Origin: Callorhinchus milii
Taxonomy: Eukaryota
Length of the DNA stretch: 64,000 bases
NCBI RefSeq assembly: GCF_018977255.1
Contig: NW_024704743.1
Location: 36,768,001 to 36,832,000, forward strand
Direction of reading: 5' to 3'
Under the pieces are notes generated by a model. It was not told the origin of the DNA. It made no database searches and saw nothing but the letters and a program-made list of their open reading frames with translations. Positions 51,581 through 63,900 of this stretch are shown piece by piece. A program made the translations under genes and the position numbers. Position 1 is the first letter of the stretch, and every line of letters starts with the position of its first letter.

Positions 51581-52274
51581 GGTGAGCGTATCTCGTTGGG
51601 GCTTTGGCTTCCAGGGTTAATAGGAGTTGAGTGGAAGAATCCTTGTCCCAGTGATTATTAGTTTGTCATAAGTGCAGAAACTTTGACATTGTTTTCATTA
51701 CAGTAACATTATACCTTTGTCTTAAATAGCAACCAAAGTACTTTAAAAGGTTCAACAATGTCTAGAAAGTTGTTCTTTACTCCATAAACATGATACTGTT
51801 GCACAGTGTTTTCTTTTTGCAGTATTGCAGAATGATACATGATTGTATCAAGTGCTCCTTTCATAAAAGCCCAGCAGTCACTGCTGTTGCATTCAAGTAA
51901 CTGATTGCAGCACAAAAGGAAACTAAATTCATACAGATAGAGTACAAACAATGGGAAATGCAATTATCCAGCTGATTCAACTTCTAAAACCTGATATATC
52001 GCAAGTGAGTTAGGGGTAGGCTCCTGTCAACCGAATAAATTTAGGATTTAATACATTATTTATTTCTACATTTTATGTTCTGCAGATGCAACAGAAGTGG
52101 TTTTGATTTTGTTTAAAATGCACTTTTTGGAGTAAGGGCATTGCCCTGGTTGCTGCAGTACAAAGAAACAGAAAGACACAGAACTGAACCCTCTTCTGAG
52201 CTGAGTTAGTTGATCTTAGTCCCTACAATTGTCACACAAAGTGACAAACTCCCTTATTACTATAGGGTATTTAG

Positions 52275-52688
52275 ATGTCAACCAAGCTTACTTGGTAGGA
52301 CTCTCATCTCAAAGTGCTTCACAGGATATACTGGAAAGTGTGTATTTTGTGGGAAAAATGCAGCAGCCAGTTTTGCACACAGCAATGTCCCCAAAACAGC
52401 CATGGAGCGAATGACCAATTTTATTTGCGGGGATTGTTGACCCAGACACTGGGAGAAACTCCTTTCTCTTTTCAAACAGTGCCATGGGATCTTTAATGTC
52501 CACTTGAACAGACAATGGATCCTCGGTTTAACGTCTCATCCGAAGAAAGGTGCCTCCAACATTGCAGCACCTTTCCAACACTGCAGTGGAGTGTCAGCTT
52601 AGACAATGTGATTCCAAGTCCCAATGTGGGGCTTGAACCTACAGCCTTCTGACTCGGAGGCAAGAGTGCTACCACTGAGCCAAGCTGA
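52275..52688 (-). mobile_element. Deu-domain SINE, SacSINE1-like long form, near full length
   Basis: Minus strand: tcagctTGGCTCAGTGGtagcactcttgcctccgagtcagaaggctgtaGGTTCAAGCC head; ttaaaccgagg..gtggacattaaagatcccatggcact Deu 5' part; Deu core. Confidence 0.85.
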
Positions 52689-53145
52689 GAGTATCAACTG
52701 CAAAGATTTTTAAAATTATTTATGAAGAGACTCCCTGCTGGAAAATCTGGATATTAGAGATCAGGATTGGGCTCAGCTGTGATGCATAATTAAATAGTTT
52801 GCCAAAACTCTCTGTCCAGACTCACACATGAGCAATGATCACTTGGTTTGGCGACTGGCCCCCAGCAAGAGTTAGGGCCTTGGGGGGGAAGAGAGAGAAT
52901 TGGCACAAAAAAGGTTTGGGTTTTTATGGCAATTAATACAAATGTTTTTATGCTTAACGGTTCTTATTTCTAATGTTAAACCATCTGATCATTTTCATAC
53001 CACTCTGAACATCGCTACTGTTTCCTCCAACCCTGTTGTCCAAGTGTGATTTGGTTGCATTTGATAATAATATTTCTTGCATTGATATTGTGTCTTATTA
53101 TGTCAAAACTACACAACAGCAACAACAAAACCTAGCATTTATATA

Positions 53146-53464
53146 ACAATAATAATAATCCTTGCATTTGATATAGCGCTTTTCACGTCGGGAGGACGTC
53201 CCAAAGCGCTTCACAGAACACACTGTAAAGTGAATTGACTGTATATTTGTGGGCGAACGCGGCAGCCAATTGCGCACAGCAGTGTCCCACAAACAGTCGT
53301 AGATTGAAAATGACCAATTTATTATTGTTTTGTTTTTTTTGGAGGGATTATTATTAGGTGTGTGGAATAAGGAAACTTGCCCAAGGTTTCGCCCTCTGCC
53401 TGGAATTGAACTCAGGTCTCTCATTTGCAAAGCGAGTGCTCTAACCACTGAGCTACAGGACTCC
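53146..53464 (-). mobile_element. Young full-length tRNA(Ala-like)-headed Deu SINE
   Basis: Head ggagtcctgTAGCTCAGTGGttagagcactcgctTTGCAAatgagagacctgaGTTCAATTCC; Deu core; L2-like tail; ATATA duplication on both sides. Confidence 0.92.
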
Positions 53465-53993
53465 ATATAGCACCTTTTCCCTCGGAGCACTTAGCATCTC
53501 TACACAGAGTTCTTTTTTTGTAAAGTGTGTGTTGCTGGACATACCTCTTTTAGATGAAACATTAAACCAAGGTCCCATCTGCCTATTCAGATGGACAGCA
53601 AAAATCTCATAGCACTAAAGACACTGTGTATTTGTAGGGGAATACAACAGCCAATTTGCCCACAGCTATGTCCCACAAACAACCATGAGGTGAATAACCA
53701 ATTGTTTTGATCTGAGAGCTTGTTGGCCAGGATATCGGGAAAAATTCCCTTTTCTTTTCGAATAGTGCCATTGAAATTTTTAATGTCTGCCTGAAGAGAC
53801 GACAGACTCTGCCAAAACACCACTCCCCAGTGCTGCATTAGTGTCAAACTACCCAAGTGGGGCTTGAACCCACAATTTATGAGCCAGGCATGAGTGCTAC
53901 CAACTGAGCGAAGCTGGCATCGATGTTTCAGTCTGTAGTGTGGGATGCTATATCTCTTCAGGTTATTCACACCATGATGGCTTTTTTTTCCAG

Positions 53994-54057
53994 CTCACGT
54001 GCTGACATTGCTGTTGCATCCTTGGCCTCCGAAATCCTGAAAGCTGTTGATCACTGA
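53994..54057 (+). CDS. ULK4: ULK4 terminal coding exon with stop codon
   Basis: ttttttttccag|C TCA CGT...CAC TGA; (S)SRADIAVASLASEILKAVDH*, matching recalled ULK4 terminus ..ADSAVAPLALEILQAVGH*. Confidence 0.93.
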
Positions 54058-54810
54058 ACAGGAAGCTGCTGCAAGATAAATGTACACTGTAAATTAAAAT
54101 TGAAGGGGAGGGGGGGCTTTCTTCCTCAGTGTTGTGTGAGTTTAGCCATGTTGTGTGAGTTTAATAATTAATTAACATTAGGACAATTCCTGGAAACAAA
54201 ATTTGAAATGAGAGGGGGAAATATGTTTTTTTTACCAGTGAATAAAATCTAATTTTTTTAAATTGTAACAAATAATGAACTTTGTTCTTTAATATTTTCC
54301 ATCCAACAATGTATTTTTCAATCACTTTCAATACATTGTGCTTGCGTGTCTCTGATATGAATGATACTCACTGTACATGTCTTGAAAAATATTTGCTTTT
54401 TCTCCACCCTTTTTTGTGCCATCTAGAGTTAATTTCCTTATTACAGAGAAAGAAATCTATTGATGCTCATTAAACTAAGTTATTTTTATATATTGTTATT
54501 GTTTTTATATTTTCCTGTCAATACCTTTCTGAAACCGATATAGCAACGTGGCTCTTTGTTTAACTCCATGAAGCAGTCCCATTTTTAACTGTTAGACCAG
54601 CTGAGGACCAGGGAATTCTGTGCTTCCCGGGCTGGCTGTTTTTTATACAGGTTTTAGCTGTCATGCAGTGGCATTGAGACTCGTTGCAGAAATAAAACTA
54701 CACAGATGTCAGGAGTAGCTTTATTAGTGTAATAAATATTGTGTAATACTGTTGAAATCTGTTTTCTCTATCAACAATTTGAAATAAAACTGAAATGCAT
54801 GAAAAATGTT
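54058..54810 (+). other. ULK4: ULK4 3' UTR with candidate polyadenylation signals
   Basis: AT-rich, repeat-free stretch after the stop; AATAAA at 54241, 54691, 54731, 54783; true 3' end unknown. Confidence 0.6.
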
Positions 54811-55423
54811 ACTTCTCTATGTATCTTCATTCTCCCTACTTTCTTTCTCATGTAATTTAACTTTCAGTTACAACATATGTTAAACCGAATCCCTTTGTGC
54901 CTGGTCAGGTGGACGTTAAAGATCCCATGGCACTATTCAAAAAGAGAAGGGAGTTTCTTCCAGTGTCCTAACCAACAATCCCTTCAGATAAAATTGGTCA
55001 TTCAACTCATGACTGTTTGGGGACATTGCTGGGCACAAATTGCCTTTTTGAATGTGTCTCAGCCGACCCCCTTGACTTGTCTTTCAAACTGATCAGTTTT
55101 GATGACTGTGAAATCAGTACCAGCATATTTGGGATTTGTTAGTTTCTAATCTTTTTGCAAACCGTGCAAGTTAGACCCAGAAGTTTTTCTGCGTAGAGTG
55201 GAATTCTTTATCATCAAATGCTGATGATTTCTCATTATTAGTAGATGAGTAAGCTTAGCTTAGTCATTCTGAGAGTTCTCCAGTACAGGCTCTGCGACTC
55301 AAATTTTGCCTAGCTTAGAAGTTGTATTTGCTTTTTTTAATTGCTGATATTAAAGGCAATGCAGTAAATTTGCACCAAATACTTTACTGCAGTTACAATT
55401 TACTTAATTGTGTACACAACAAC

Positions 55424-55905
55424 TTTTTTTGGTCAGCTGGGTATATGACACATGTGGAAACCCATCACCATGCTTAACAGTATCCAAACCAAACTGAGAA
55501 TTCCATGCATCCCAACTTCACATGGAAATCCCGGCGATAGATCGTTGGAATGGAATGCACCCTCTCTCTCTAGAGGGATGCATCGTGCTTACCTAATTCC
55601 AGACAGTATTAGGCGCAGATCGGCAAGAGCCAAGTTTTGGGGACCCCAGAGTGTGTGTTGGAGTACTGCTGGAGAATAACCAGCTAAAACCACATAGCAT
55701 TGATAGCACCGTCTGGCAAGCTTTCCCACTGCTTGTCCAGCTAGGACTACCCTACCCATTAGGGCTTTGGCTTGCAGGGTTAACAGGAGCTGAGTGGGAG
55801 GATTCCCTGCCCCACTGACTGGTCTGCCCTTCCAAGTCCTGTCTATACTGCGGACATGCCAGGCTCAGGAGCTGGACTACCGAGACCGCCACAGTCTGGC
55901 TTGAT
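55424..55905 (-). repeat. Family X copy
   Basis: Starts T7-ggtcagctggg..; colinear reverse complement of ~31150-31684 with an internal deletion. Confidence 0.85.
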
Positions 55906-56882
55906 TACACACTGACACACCTACCTCAAGACAGGACCTGTGGAAACAAGAATATTGCTTTATTTCTATTAGCCCCACAATTTATTCCTGATCACTAACA
56001 TTAGTTCACACCTAAAATAGAAACAACATCAAACATGATGTTCACAAAGCACAATGTAAATATAATTCAAAACCAAAACCTAAAGAGAAATAGTATTGCT
56101 CCGCCAATGGCTCAGTTGATAAAATTGCTGCCTGGAGTGAAACTGAGGCGAAGAGAATCTGAGCACAGTACATACCTCTAAACCAGTCTAAGCGCAAAAC
56201 ATGGCACTGACAGATTATATACATCACATGACACCATACTAATCTATACACAGTACATAACTACATGAGGTCTATGCATAATCCTTAATATTATGCCATT
56301 TTGCATACAATATTAAATACCACACATGATACAAAATTCCAGTCTAACCCTTATTCCCACGTCGGGACTTTGAACTCGCAGTCATGGCTGACACTCTAAT
56401 TCAGTGCTGGGGTTTGCTACATTGTTGGAAGTGTCATCCTTTGGATGAGTTGTTAAACTAAGGTCCCATCTGCCTGTTCAGGTGCACGTTAAAGAGAAGG
56501 GAGTTTCTCCTAGAATCCTCACAAACAATCCCTTAGATAAAATTGGTCATTCACTTCTTGACTGTGGGACATTGTTGTGTGCATACTGTCTGCACATATG
56601 CCTACAAATACACAGGCACTACATTTCACAAAAAATCCTGTGAACCAAAAGGCACTTTACCAAATGCAAGGATTATATTATTATTGTCAAAGCCCTCTCT
56701 CCAGAACTAATGTTGTGAACATTCAATTCTTGCCTTGCTATTTAGGCTATTTACTGGATTAGTTAAGATCATTTCTCACTGCACCCACTGTAACAGGACT
56801 GTTCATTCAGCCACCTGAAAAACACAGGAACCCATCTTTGATCTGAGTAATGTCTTCTTCTGTTTTTGTACTTATTGAATTT

Positions 56883-56895
56883 GTTGCCTGGCAAC
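56883..56895. promoter_or_regulatory. RFX X-box motif (perfect palindrome)
   Basis: GTTGCC-T-GGCAAC; motif only, function not shown. Confidence 0.35.
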
Positions 56896-58300
56896 ATTGA
56901 CTTCCAGAAATAATTTTCTCAGTATGTCATTATTCTCATTTTGATCAGTCCAAATTGTCAACACGTTCTCTTTAAAATAGCACAACATAGTTATAATTTG
57001 CTTGTAACGTGTAATGAGAAAGAAGTTACCCAGAAGTTTTTTTGAGAGAGATTTGGAAAGCATTCTGTACAAGTCATTGATTACTATGGTAACAATAGCA
57101 TAAACTACTCGATAGAACCATAGAAATTTACGGCACACAAGAAGCCCATTCAGCCCATTGTGTCTGCCCTGGCTCTTTTAAGAGCAATCCTTTCAATCCC
57201 ATTTTCCCCATACTCAGAGACAATTATTAACATCCAGCATTTCTTTCCACAGACATTAGGCACAGATTTGACCACTAGATATGCATATTATGAATGCTAT
57301 TCAGTTAACTCCTGGGAATAGTTTTAAACTATATCCCTATCAGATTGGACTCTTTGATCGTCCTTTCTATGGCATAAAGAGAGTTTTTCCCAGTGCCCTG
57401 GTCAACCCCAGATAACATCGATCAGTCACTTCACGCCCGTTTGTGGAACATGATTTAATATTTGTTTCGCTTTGTTGAACTTATTTACTTATTTAATGTA
57501 CAATTGTCCCCAAGAGCAACGTAATTGCCACCAGAACAGCTTAGTTGTATAAATCATCTTTAGTCTTATCTTTTTGTCGCTATGTATGGGAAAAGGGAGG
57601 AAAATTGGACTGAAAGGATATGACATGTCAGTGTCTCATTGATTGTTTTACAAAGGAACTCTCAGGGAAGAGTACTATGTCTGTAGTTAAAAACCCAGTC
57701 ATAAAGCTTCTTTCTCCAATCCATGGGAAGTATGGATTTTTCTGGATGAGAGCTTGGGTTCACCTGCATTTATCATTTCATAACACATAACACATAAGTA
57801 GAGAATTGTATAGTTGGTGAAGGTCAGATCATTGATAGCATAGTATCCAAAACGATCAATGATACCAAATCCAGTTTAATTTGCTCACTATCATTTTTAT
57901 AACCTAAGTCTTTATTAACAAACACATAGGTGTACAAAGGCACAAGTGTTTTTTTCTTCCATGGGCCATGACAAGGTTGACTGTTTTATCAACTCCTGTG
58001 CTCAGTGGTTGCTGAGATAACACTGTAACTTCAGGTACCTCTGGGTGCCATCTGCAATAACAATGACTTGTTTTTGGAGTTAATAAGTTAGTAAAATTAA
58101 GTAAAGCTGTTCATGTGGATCATTATCAGACTCAGTAATACAGAGTGAAGCAAAACTTTGTAGCGAAGCCTTTAACTAAAGAACAATGTTGCCCAAGTTC
58201 TGTAATATTTTGACCCCAAACCTGATCCATGGTGCCTGAAGTAGGTTGTGAATTGTGGGAAAAATTGGCAAAGTTGAAAACAAAATTAACTTCTGAGACA

Positions 58301-58661
58301 TAATAATAATAATCCTTGCATTTGATATAGCGCCTTATCATGTCTTCAAGACATCTCAAAGCGCTTCATAGAATATATTGTAAAGTGATTTGACTGTATA
58401 TTTTTGGGGAAAAACGTGGCAGCCAATTGCACACAGCAGTGTCCCACAAACAGTCGTGGATTGAAATGACCAATTTTTTTTAAAAAAAATAATTCCCCCA
58501 GAAAAGCGATCTGCCAATCAACTAAGAATCGGGTTCCTACTTATCGCTAGGTAAGGCGTGTGGAGTAAGGAAACATGCCCAATATTTTACCCTGCTGGGA
58601 CTTGAACTCAGATCTCTCATTTACAAGGCGAGTGCTCCAACCACTGAGGTACAAGACTCCA
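58301..58661 (-). mobile_element. tRNA-headed Deu SINE (medium form)
   Basis: Head, extra middle segment (gggttcctacttatcgctaggtaa), Deu core and tail. Confidence 0.88.
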
Positions 58662-59480
58662 CAATGAGTTTAATACTGGGTTGCAAGAGTTAAATCAAAA
58701 CGTTTACTAATAAGTGACAGGCATAAAACTTGTGTCACTACCCTGCAAGTTTAGAGAATGACGTGATTGTGTATTTGGAAGCGTAATAGTTTGTGCATCA
58801 GGTAGTCAGATAGAGATAGATAGAGATAGACTCGGAGACATTGAATTAATCTTAGAAAAAGCTGTGGACGTTTCTATAGTGCCGGAGGCCTCCGAATGAC
58901 AAATGAAAAGAAAAAATAGGAATTGTCTGCACCTGAAGGCTGGAAGAACCCTACATCAAATGTGAGGTCCCAATGTGAGCCTTGAGAACGAAAGAACTGA
59001 TGAAGAGGCCGGAACCTAATAATAACAGCCTCAAGAGATTTAATAGGCTCTTGTTAGCCCTTCAGATGCTGACCACCACCCCGCAGATCGTTTTGCTTAC
59101 CACTTGTAGTGTACACCCACTGCCAAACCTTAATCTAATTACAGGAAACAACACTTTTTCTCCTCCCACAGAATTGCTTACCTACATATTTACCATCAAT
59201 AATGTAGAATGATTTAACATTATGCCAGAGACAGCCAATGAGCAATGATACATTATAAATGAACAGCACTTCCAGGAATCATAGATGATTAATCGACAAC
59301 CAGCAGCAAATTTGCATCTGGTAAACTTGTTTGGAAGTGAGAAAGGAAACAGTGTGCAATAACTGTTTCAAAGTATAAAATAGGAGGGAATTTTTTTGTG
59401 TGCAATAGATTACCACTCCAGATATCCAGAGTGCAGCACAATAGTGGTTGATGGCTCTGTCTACCTCAGTGGTGTTTATT

Positions 59481-59911
59481 ATGGGCTCAATAGTATAAAT
59501 ATTCCCAAACTTAACATTGCATATTTGTTAATGCTCTATTAACATTGCATAATTGCAATACTATTACCGTTGTTAAGATCATAAACCAGAAATCCACTGA
59601 TTCCAAATCATTACATAGGATCTTTTATAATTCTCATTTGACCATGAAGCAGGGAATGTCTTAAACATACAGTAATCAGTAGTTCACTGGTGAAAAATTA
59701 ATATTTTCAAGTCTATTTTCATTTATCATATTGCATCAAGTTATGGGGAGTTGACATTAGTTTTGTAAATGGCATTTCAAAGTTTTTTTTCATCATTTCA
59801 AAATGGAAATTATAAATGATACTATGTAATGATTTGGAATCAGTGGGTTTCCTGTTTATGAACCTAATATATGTATTGCAAATCTGGGAATATTAACACT
59901 ATTGACCCCAT
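59481..59911. mobile_element. AT-rich MITE-like inverted repeat
   Basis: atgggctcaatagt..attccca vs tgggaatatt..ctattgaccccat; ccactgattccaaatcattacatag vs ctatgtaatgatttggaatcagtgg. Confidence 0.7.
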
Positions 59912-62412
59912 TTAAAAAAAACCTCTTTGATCATGCCTCAATAAAAACTTTCAAGTGCCTCCTCTTTTCCTCTCCATTTACTTACATCAAGTGACCAACT
60001 GCTTTAATGTATAAAGTTGAAAGTTGTACCTGGAAACTTAAGTGTGGCAAAGGCAGAAATAACCACTATGCTGCTCAAGAAAAAGCACAACAAATGTGGG
60101 GAAAATAATTTGTTGCTGTGATTAACACCAATAATTATATATCCTGTGAAGCGTTTTGAGACCTCCTCCCAACATGAAACTCACCCTACTAAATACAAAG
60201 ATTATTATTATTTGTAAAGACTTTAACTAGACCCCATAGTTCAGTATTGTGTTAAATTTTGGGCATCCATTGTAGGAAGTATGTAAAATTAATGGAAAAG
60301 ATGCAGCATATATTTGCTATGATGTTGCTGGAGTGAAGACTTGAAAAGATAGGGCTTTGTTGACTGGAGACAAGGTTAAGGGGTGACCCGTTAAACTTGA
60401 GTGGGCTCTCATTAGGAAATGAGAAAACTCATCTTCAGTGAATACAGAGGTTCATTTCACGGTCTTGGTAGTTAATCTGGAAACAGAACCTGAAGCAGAG
60501 TACCACTAGCTCTGAAAGATAAACTCAAAAAGGAAACTAAGTGCATGCTTCAACTCGGTGTGATTAAATAATATGAACAGCCCACTAAATGGTTTAGCTC
60601 CCTTGTGATAGTGGACAAGCCAAACAGACAGATGGCTGTGTGGTCCTGATCTGTGCAATCTGAATAAGGGGTAATTCAGATGAAACTGCAAACTGCCATC
60701 ATGAGAGGAAGTTGTTTCACAGTATTCTGGAGCAAAATTGCTGCTCGAATTAGATACGTTCAATTGATTTCATTAACTTTATGCCTTGATGCTGCAAATT
60801 ATCTTCAATGTACATTATGCTAATTATTATTGGCTCCATCTTTCAGTGTACCTGAAATCTTTATTCATCAATTTTGTGACACATAGGGGTCATTAATACA
60901 ACATACAATTCATGAACCTGACTCAGGCAAGTGTTGGAAAGAGCCAGGAAAAACAACCTTGAATACAAATAGGGCAGTATGTCCTCAATTTGAATAAGCA
61001 CACTTTCCATAGGAGCCCTGATCAGGACCTGTGAAACCTGACAGTAAAGAAAGTAATGAACACAGACAAACCGACCAGAATAACAGAAGTGTAATGATTT
61101 CTCAGAAAGGTAAAATTGCTTAGGAAGGTGGATGCCAGACCCGTCTACCATATCAGCGACTCTTAGAATGTTATAGAAAAAGAATCACTCAGTGGTCATG
61201 GATCCACAAGCAGAAAAAAAACATGGCAATAGTTGAAAGATATATCACATGACCAGTGCTCAACGTTTTATGAACCGGAAAGCCTCTAAAGATCAGTGCA
61301 GACACAAGTCAATGTAGGTGAGGTGCCATATTACTCCAGCAACACTATGCAACCACTGTGCAACTATTTCACATGAGTAAAAACAATGAGCAATGACATT
61401 CTTAACAGCATACGTGTCATCAGATTGCAGAGGTTGAGGCAAATCATAAACCTTTAGCCGCAGTTTCTAAGAAATCATTCAACGATCATTTACCAAGAAC
61501 AAACAACACTGTTAAATTGCAAGAACATGATTTGCGAATGAAACACATTCTTGAAGAATTTATGTACGTGGCTGGTATCTGGTAACGAGCCCATCAGGAA
61601 AGATTGTCAATGTTCCAATGATATAAAAGTATGTACACATTATGATACAACAACAACATTCCATTTATAGAGCGCCTTTCACGTCAGGAGGACGTCCCAA
61701 GGCGATGATAGCATCAGCACCAGTGTCTGAACAGAAAATGAAGTCAAACAGGAGCCTGCAAAGGACTGAAAATATGCAGATTCTCCAAAAGGACAAAGCA
61801 AAGCTGCCCTCTTCAAGAAAATTTTGATCATTGAACTTAGAGATGAATTGAAATGAAAATTAAAGAAATGAAATTAGCACAATTGGCTGTCGCATTTCAC
61901 ACATAAAATATACAGTAAATTCACATTACAGTATATCCTGTGAGGTGCTTTGAGAAGTCTCAACAATATTATAAGGCGCTATATCAAATGCCAGGATTAT
62001 TGTTATGATTATGAATTCTCAATGACCAAGTAGATTTGTTTTAAAGAATTCACATCTCCCAGTCTGGCCACAGTTACAGAAAATACGTGTTGAACATCTT
62101 GATACTTGTGCAGACAAAAAAAATCCAGTTGTACACATACCAGTAGTTATGATAATAATCCTTGCATTTGATATAGAGCCTTATCACGTTGTGGAGACAT
62201 CTCAAAGTGCTTCACAGAATATACTGTAAAGTGAAGTGACTGTTTTGGGGGCAAAAGTTGTCTGTGTTCCTGGGGACATGATTTACAAGTGGGTAGCGAC
62301 TAGATCATCTCACCTGGAACTTGGCAAAAATGCATACCATTTTTTTCCCAGAGTTTCACACATCACACCCACTTCCACATTGGAGCTGATACGGTCATGT
62401 GGATAGTTGTCA

Positions 62413-62650
62413 ATAATAATAATAATAATCCTTGCATTTGATATAGCGCTTTTCACGTCGGGAGGACGTCCCAAAGAGCTTCACAGAACACACTGTAAAG
62501 TGAATTGACTGTATATTTGTGGGCGAACGCGGCAGCCAATTGCGCACAGCAATGTCCCACAAACAGTCGTAGATTGAAAATTACCAATTTATTATTGGTT
62601 TTGGTTTTGGAGGGATTATTATTAGGCGTGTGGAGTAAGGAAACCTTGCC
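62413..62650 (-). mobile_element. Young Deu SINE lacking head
   Basis: Near-identical to 53146-53380. Confidence 0.9.
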
Positions 62651-62894
62651 CAATGCAGATAACTAGAATTCTTTTGTATTGAGAAGTGATGTTTCCAAGA
62701 CAATGTGTACCGATCAAGAACATTTGTGCTTTGCGTACCCCATCATAGGGAATAGTAAGCATTGCATGCAGGTACCACAAGACTATGGGAGATGTTGATT
62801 CAAATCTCCCTGTATACAAAAAAGAAACACTTGATATAGTAGTGGTGGATTATTTTCTGAGCGGCCCATAAATATACATTTTGCTAGGGCCTTC

Positions 62895-63143
62895 TACCAC
62901 TCTGCCTTTACCCTCTGGAACTCCACCCCGCAATCCTTCCACCTCGCCCCCTCCCTTGCCTCCTTTAAGACCCATCTCAAGACCCTCCTCTTCGACCGTG
63001 CTTCCGATCACCCTCCTTCCCCCCCTCCCTCCACCTTCCCTAAGCCCGACCCCCAGCTTGGGTCCAAAACATCGACTGTCCAGCGCCTTGGGACATCCTC
63101 CTGACTCTTAAAAGGTGCTATACAGATGTAATTTTGTTGTTGT
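62895..63143 (+). mobile_element. L2 LINE 3' end
   Basis: ..tttaagacccatctcaagaccctcctcttcgac.., tail ctgtccagcgccttgggac..(TTG)n. Confidence 0.85.
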
Positions 63144-63573
63144 AGTGGTAATTGTTGTTTTGAAGCAATGAAACCCATAATCTCTAGAAATGGTACACAA
63201 GATCTCTGGTGACAGAGGACCTTGGAAATTTTAAGTTTGCGGAAGAGTTGACCTTTAAACACGACATTTACCTGTTTAATCTCCTGAAGCAAATATTTTT
63301 GCTGATAAGAATCCAAGAAATCATGAAAGATCAGTGAAATGGTCAAGATCCATGCGTAGGTTTAGTAGATCAATGGAATATACTCATAGAGAATAAGTTC
63401 TTCTTAATGCATCTTCTGATGTGTGTTCATGTCTAATATCTCAGAAAAACATTCAGTGTAAAAAAATTATTGCAGATTGATTACTGCCTTATTTGACTCC
63501 CATGTGTCTTTCAAACCCCAAATCCCACTCAACTTTTCCTCACTTCTGAAAATTGCCTCCCTCAGCTACTACG

Positions 63574-63900
63574 TGGAGTTAGCTCAGTGGTTACAGCGCT
63601 CGTTTAGCCCGGCAGGGCGAAATGTTGGGTAAGTTTCCTTACTCCACACGTCTCTGTTTATCTAGAAGTAAGTAGGAACCCGGCTGTTCCTACTTACTTC
63701 TAGATAAACAGAGACGCCTTCCCTCCTTAACAAAAATAATAAATTAGTCACTTCAATCCACGACTGTCGTGGGACACTGCTGTGCGCAATTGGCTGCCAT
63801 GTTTCCTCCACAAAATAGTCAATTCACTTTACAGTATATTCTGTGAAGCATTTTGAGACGTCACAAAGACATGATATCAGCTGCAAGGATTATTATTATT
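63574..63900 (+). mobile_element. tRNA-headed Deu SINE containing an internal inversion hairpin
   Basis: tggagttagctcagtggtt head, Deu core, tail; perfect 31-bp inverted repeat at 63649-63716. Confidence 0.85.

Noticed and set aside
53390..53464. tRNA-Ala-like sequence
   Set aside because: It is the SINE head, fused to Deu body and tail; acceptor stem not intact
58990..59040. CTGATGA followed by a GAGGC/GCCTC stem (hammerhead-like)
   Set aside because: No GAAA after the stem and no stems I/III
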